From Archangiaceae bacterium (GTDB taxonomy: Bacteria; Myxococcota; Myxococcia; Myxococcales; Myxococcaceae): a stretch of DNA of 15,043 nt. The stretch spans positions 1 to 15,043 of the forward strand of contig JAYVCD010000272.1 of assembly GCA_043750125.1 (NCBI GenBank), written 5' to 3'. Positions 14,119 through 15,043 of the stretch are shown in pieces. Positions within the stretch are counted from its first letter, which is position 1. Every line of letters starts with the position of its first letter. The translations under genes and the position numbers were made by a program. The notes beneath the pieces are model-generated. The model saw only the letters and a program-made list of their open reading frames with translations. It searched no databases and was not told where the DNA came from.

Positions 14119-15043
14119 ATGGACATGATTTCAATTCCTGGGTTGATGTTCGGTGCAGCGGCCTGGTTCACGCTGCGGTACGTGATCTTCGGTTTCTACA
14201 CGGTGGCTCCAAACGAGCGCGCGGTGAAGACGTCGTTCGGCAAGGCCGAGCAGCTGCAGACCACGACGCTGGACAACCCGATGTCCGAGTCGCTGCGGCC
14301 TGAAGAACGCGAGCGCTACAAGTACCCGCAGGTGAGGGTGATTCCTCCCGGCGGCCCGTACTTCAAGTGGCCGTGGGAGAAGATCTACAAGGCCTCGGTC
14401 GCCACCGAGACGGTGAACATGGCGTGGGACCCCGAGGATGCCAACGCGAACCGCGGTGGGACGATGCTCGAAGCGGTCACCAAGGATCAGCTCAACACCG
14501 GCCTGGTGGGGCAGTTGCGCTTCCGGGTCAACGAGCAGAACCTCTACGCGTACCTGTTCGCGGTGAAGCGGCCGATCATCCACGTGATGGGGTACTTCAT
14601 CTCGATTCTTCGCCAACGGATCGCGGCGTTCGAAGCCCCGAAGTCCGAGCTGCCTCCAGGCATCGTCAACCCGCTGGAAATCAGCGTCGTCTCGGGGGTC
14701 AGCATCAACGACCTGCGCAAGAACCTGCGGATTCTAAATGAAACGATGGACCACGACTGCATGTCGTCTTCGGCGCGGTACGGAGTTCAGCTCGACGCGG
14801 CGCTGATCACCGACATCGACCCTCCGGTCGAGGTCGAGAGCGCATTGGCGGCGATCAACACCGCGCACAACCACGTCAGCTCGGACATCTCGCTCGCGCA
14901 GGCCTCGGCCGACCAACGCCTGGTCCAGAGCCGTCGGGCGGTCGAAGTCGAGACGCTCAATGCCCACGCCGAAGTCGAGCCGCTGGTGTCGATGGCCACC
15001 CAGCTGGTCGAGCTGAAGAAGATGGGGCCCGACGTGCTCAAGG
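14119..15043 (+). CDS. SPFH/band-7 domain membrane protein, 5' part (runs off the right edge)
   Basis: Absent from the ORF track. ATG 14119 follows AAGGGG: MDMISIPGLMFGAAAWFTLRYVIFGFYTVAPNERAVKTSFGK...PGGPYFKWPWEKI...VTKDQL...RYGVQLDAALITDIDPPVEVESALAAIN. It is open to the end, with an N-terminal membrane anchor and SPFH motifs. Confidence 0.85.
   Translation, partial: MDMISIPGLMFGAAAWFTLRYVIFGFYTVAPNERAVKTSFGKAEQLQTTTLDNPMSESLRPEERERYKYPQVRVIPPGGPYFKWPWEKIYKASVATETVNMAWDPEDANANRGGTMLEAVTKDQLNTGLVGQLRFRVNEQNLYAYLFAVKRPIIHVMGYFISILRQRIAAFEAPKSELPPGIVNPLEISVVSGVSINDLRKNLRILNETMDHDCMSSSARYGVQLDAALITDIDPPVEVESALAAINTAHNHVSSDISLAQASADQRLVQSRRAVEVETLNAHAEVEPLVSMATQLVELKKMGPDVLK

Noticed and set aside
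1-15043. Defence-island or mobile-element interpretation (three methyltransferases plus a nuclease)
   Set aside because: None of the methyltransferases resembles a DNA restriction-modification enzyme, and the nuclease is ordinary ExoIII. No integrase, transposase, tRNA or att-like repeats were seen.

Overview
High-GC bacterial chromosomal DNA. The gene families (Cys-rich repeat lipoprotein, ZAS-FecR-TPR anti-sigma factor, Rsm22-like methylase) suggest a myxobacterium or other Myxococcota; this is an inference. The window has 15 CDS, two cut by its edges and missing from the ORF track. Left: a + strand run of tandem cNMP-binding protein, NFU-type Fe-S carrier, two SAM methyltransferases and an M20 dipeptidase, ending at a bidirectional terminator. 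Centre: a 10-repeat Cys-rich lipoprotein divergent from an ECF sigma/anti-sigma pair. Their 182-bp spacer carries two back-to-back copies of ATGATCA-N14-GGCAAC(C/G)AA, which look like the sigma's own promoters; this is the best finding. Next come a 415-bp hairpin-rich convergent spacer and an Rsm22/METTL17-like methyltransferase with four Cys placed like the eukaryotic [4Fe-4S] ligands. That gene starts 12 bp from a divergent run of ABC-2 (DUF990-type) exporter, xth and SPFH genes. No rRNA, tRNA, CRISPR array or mobile element was seen.
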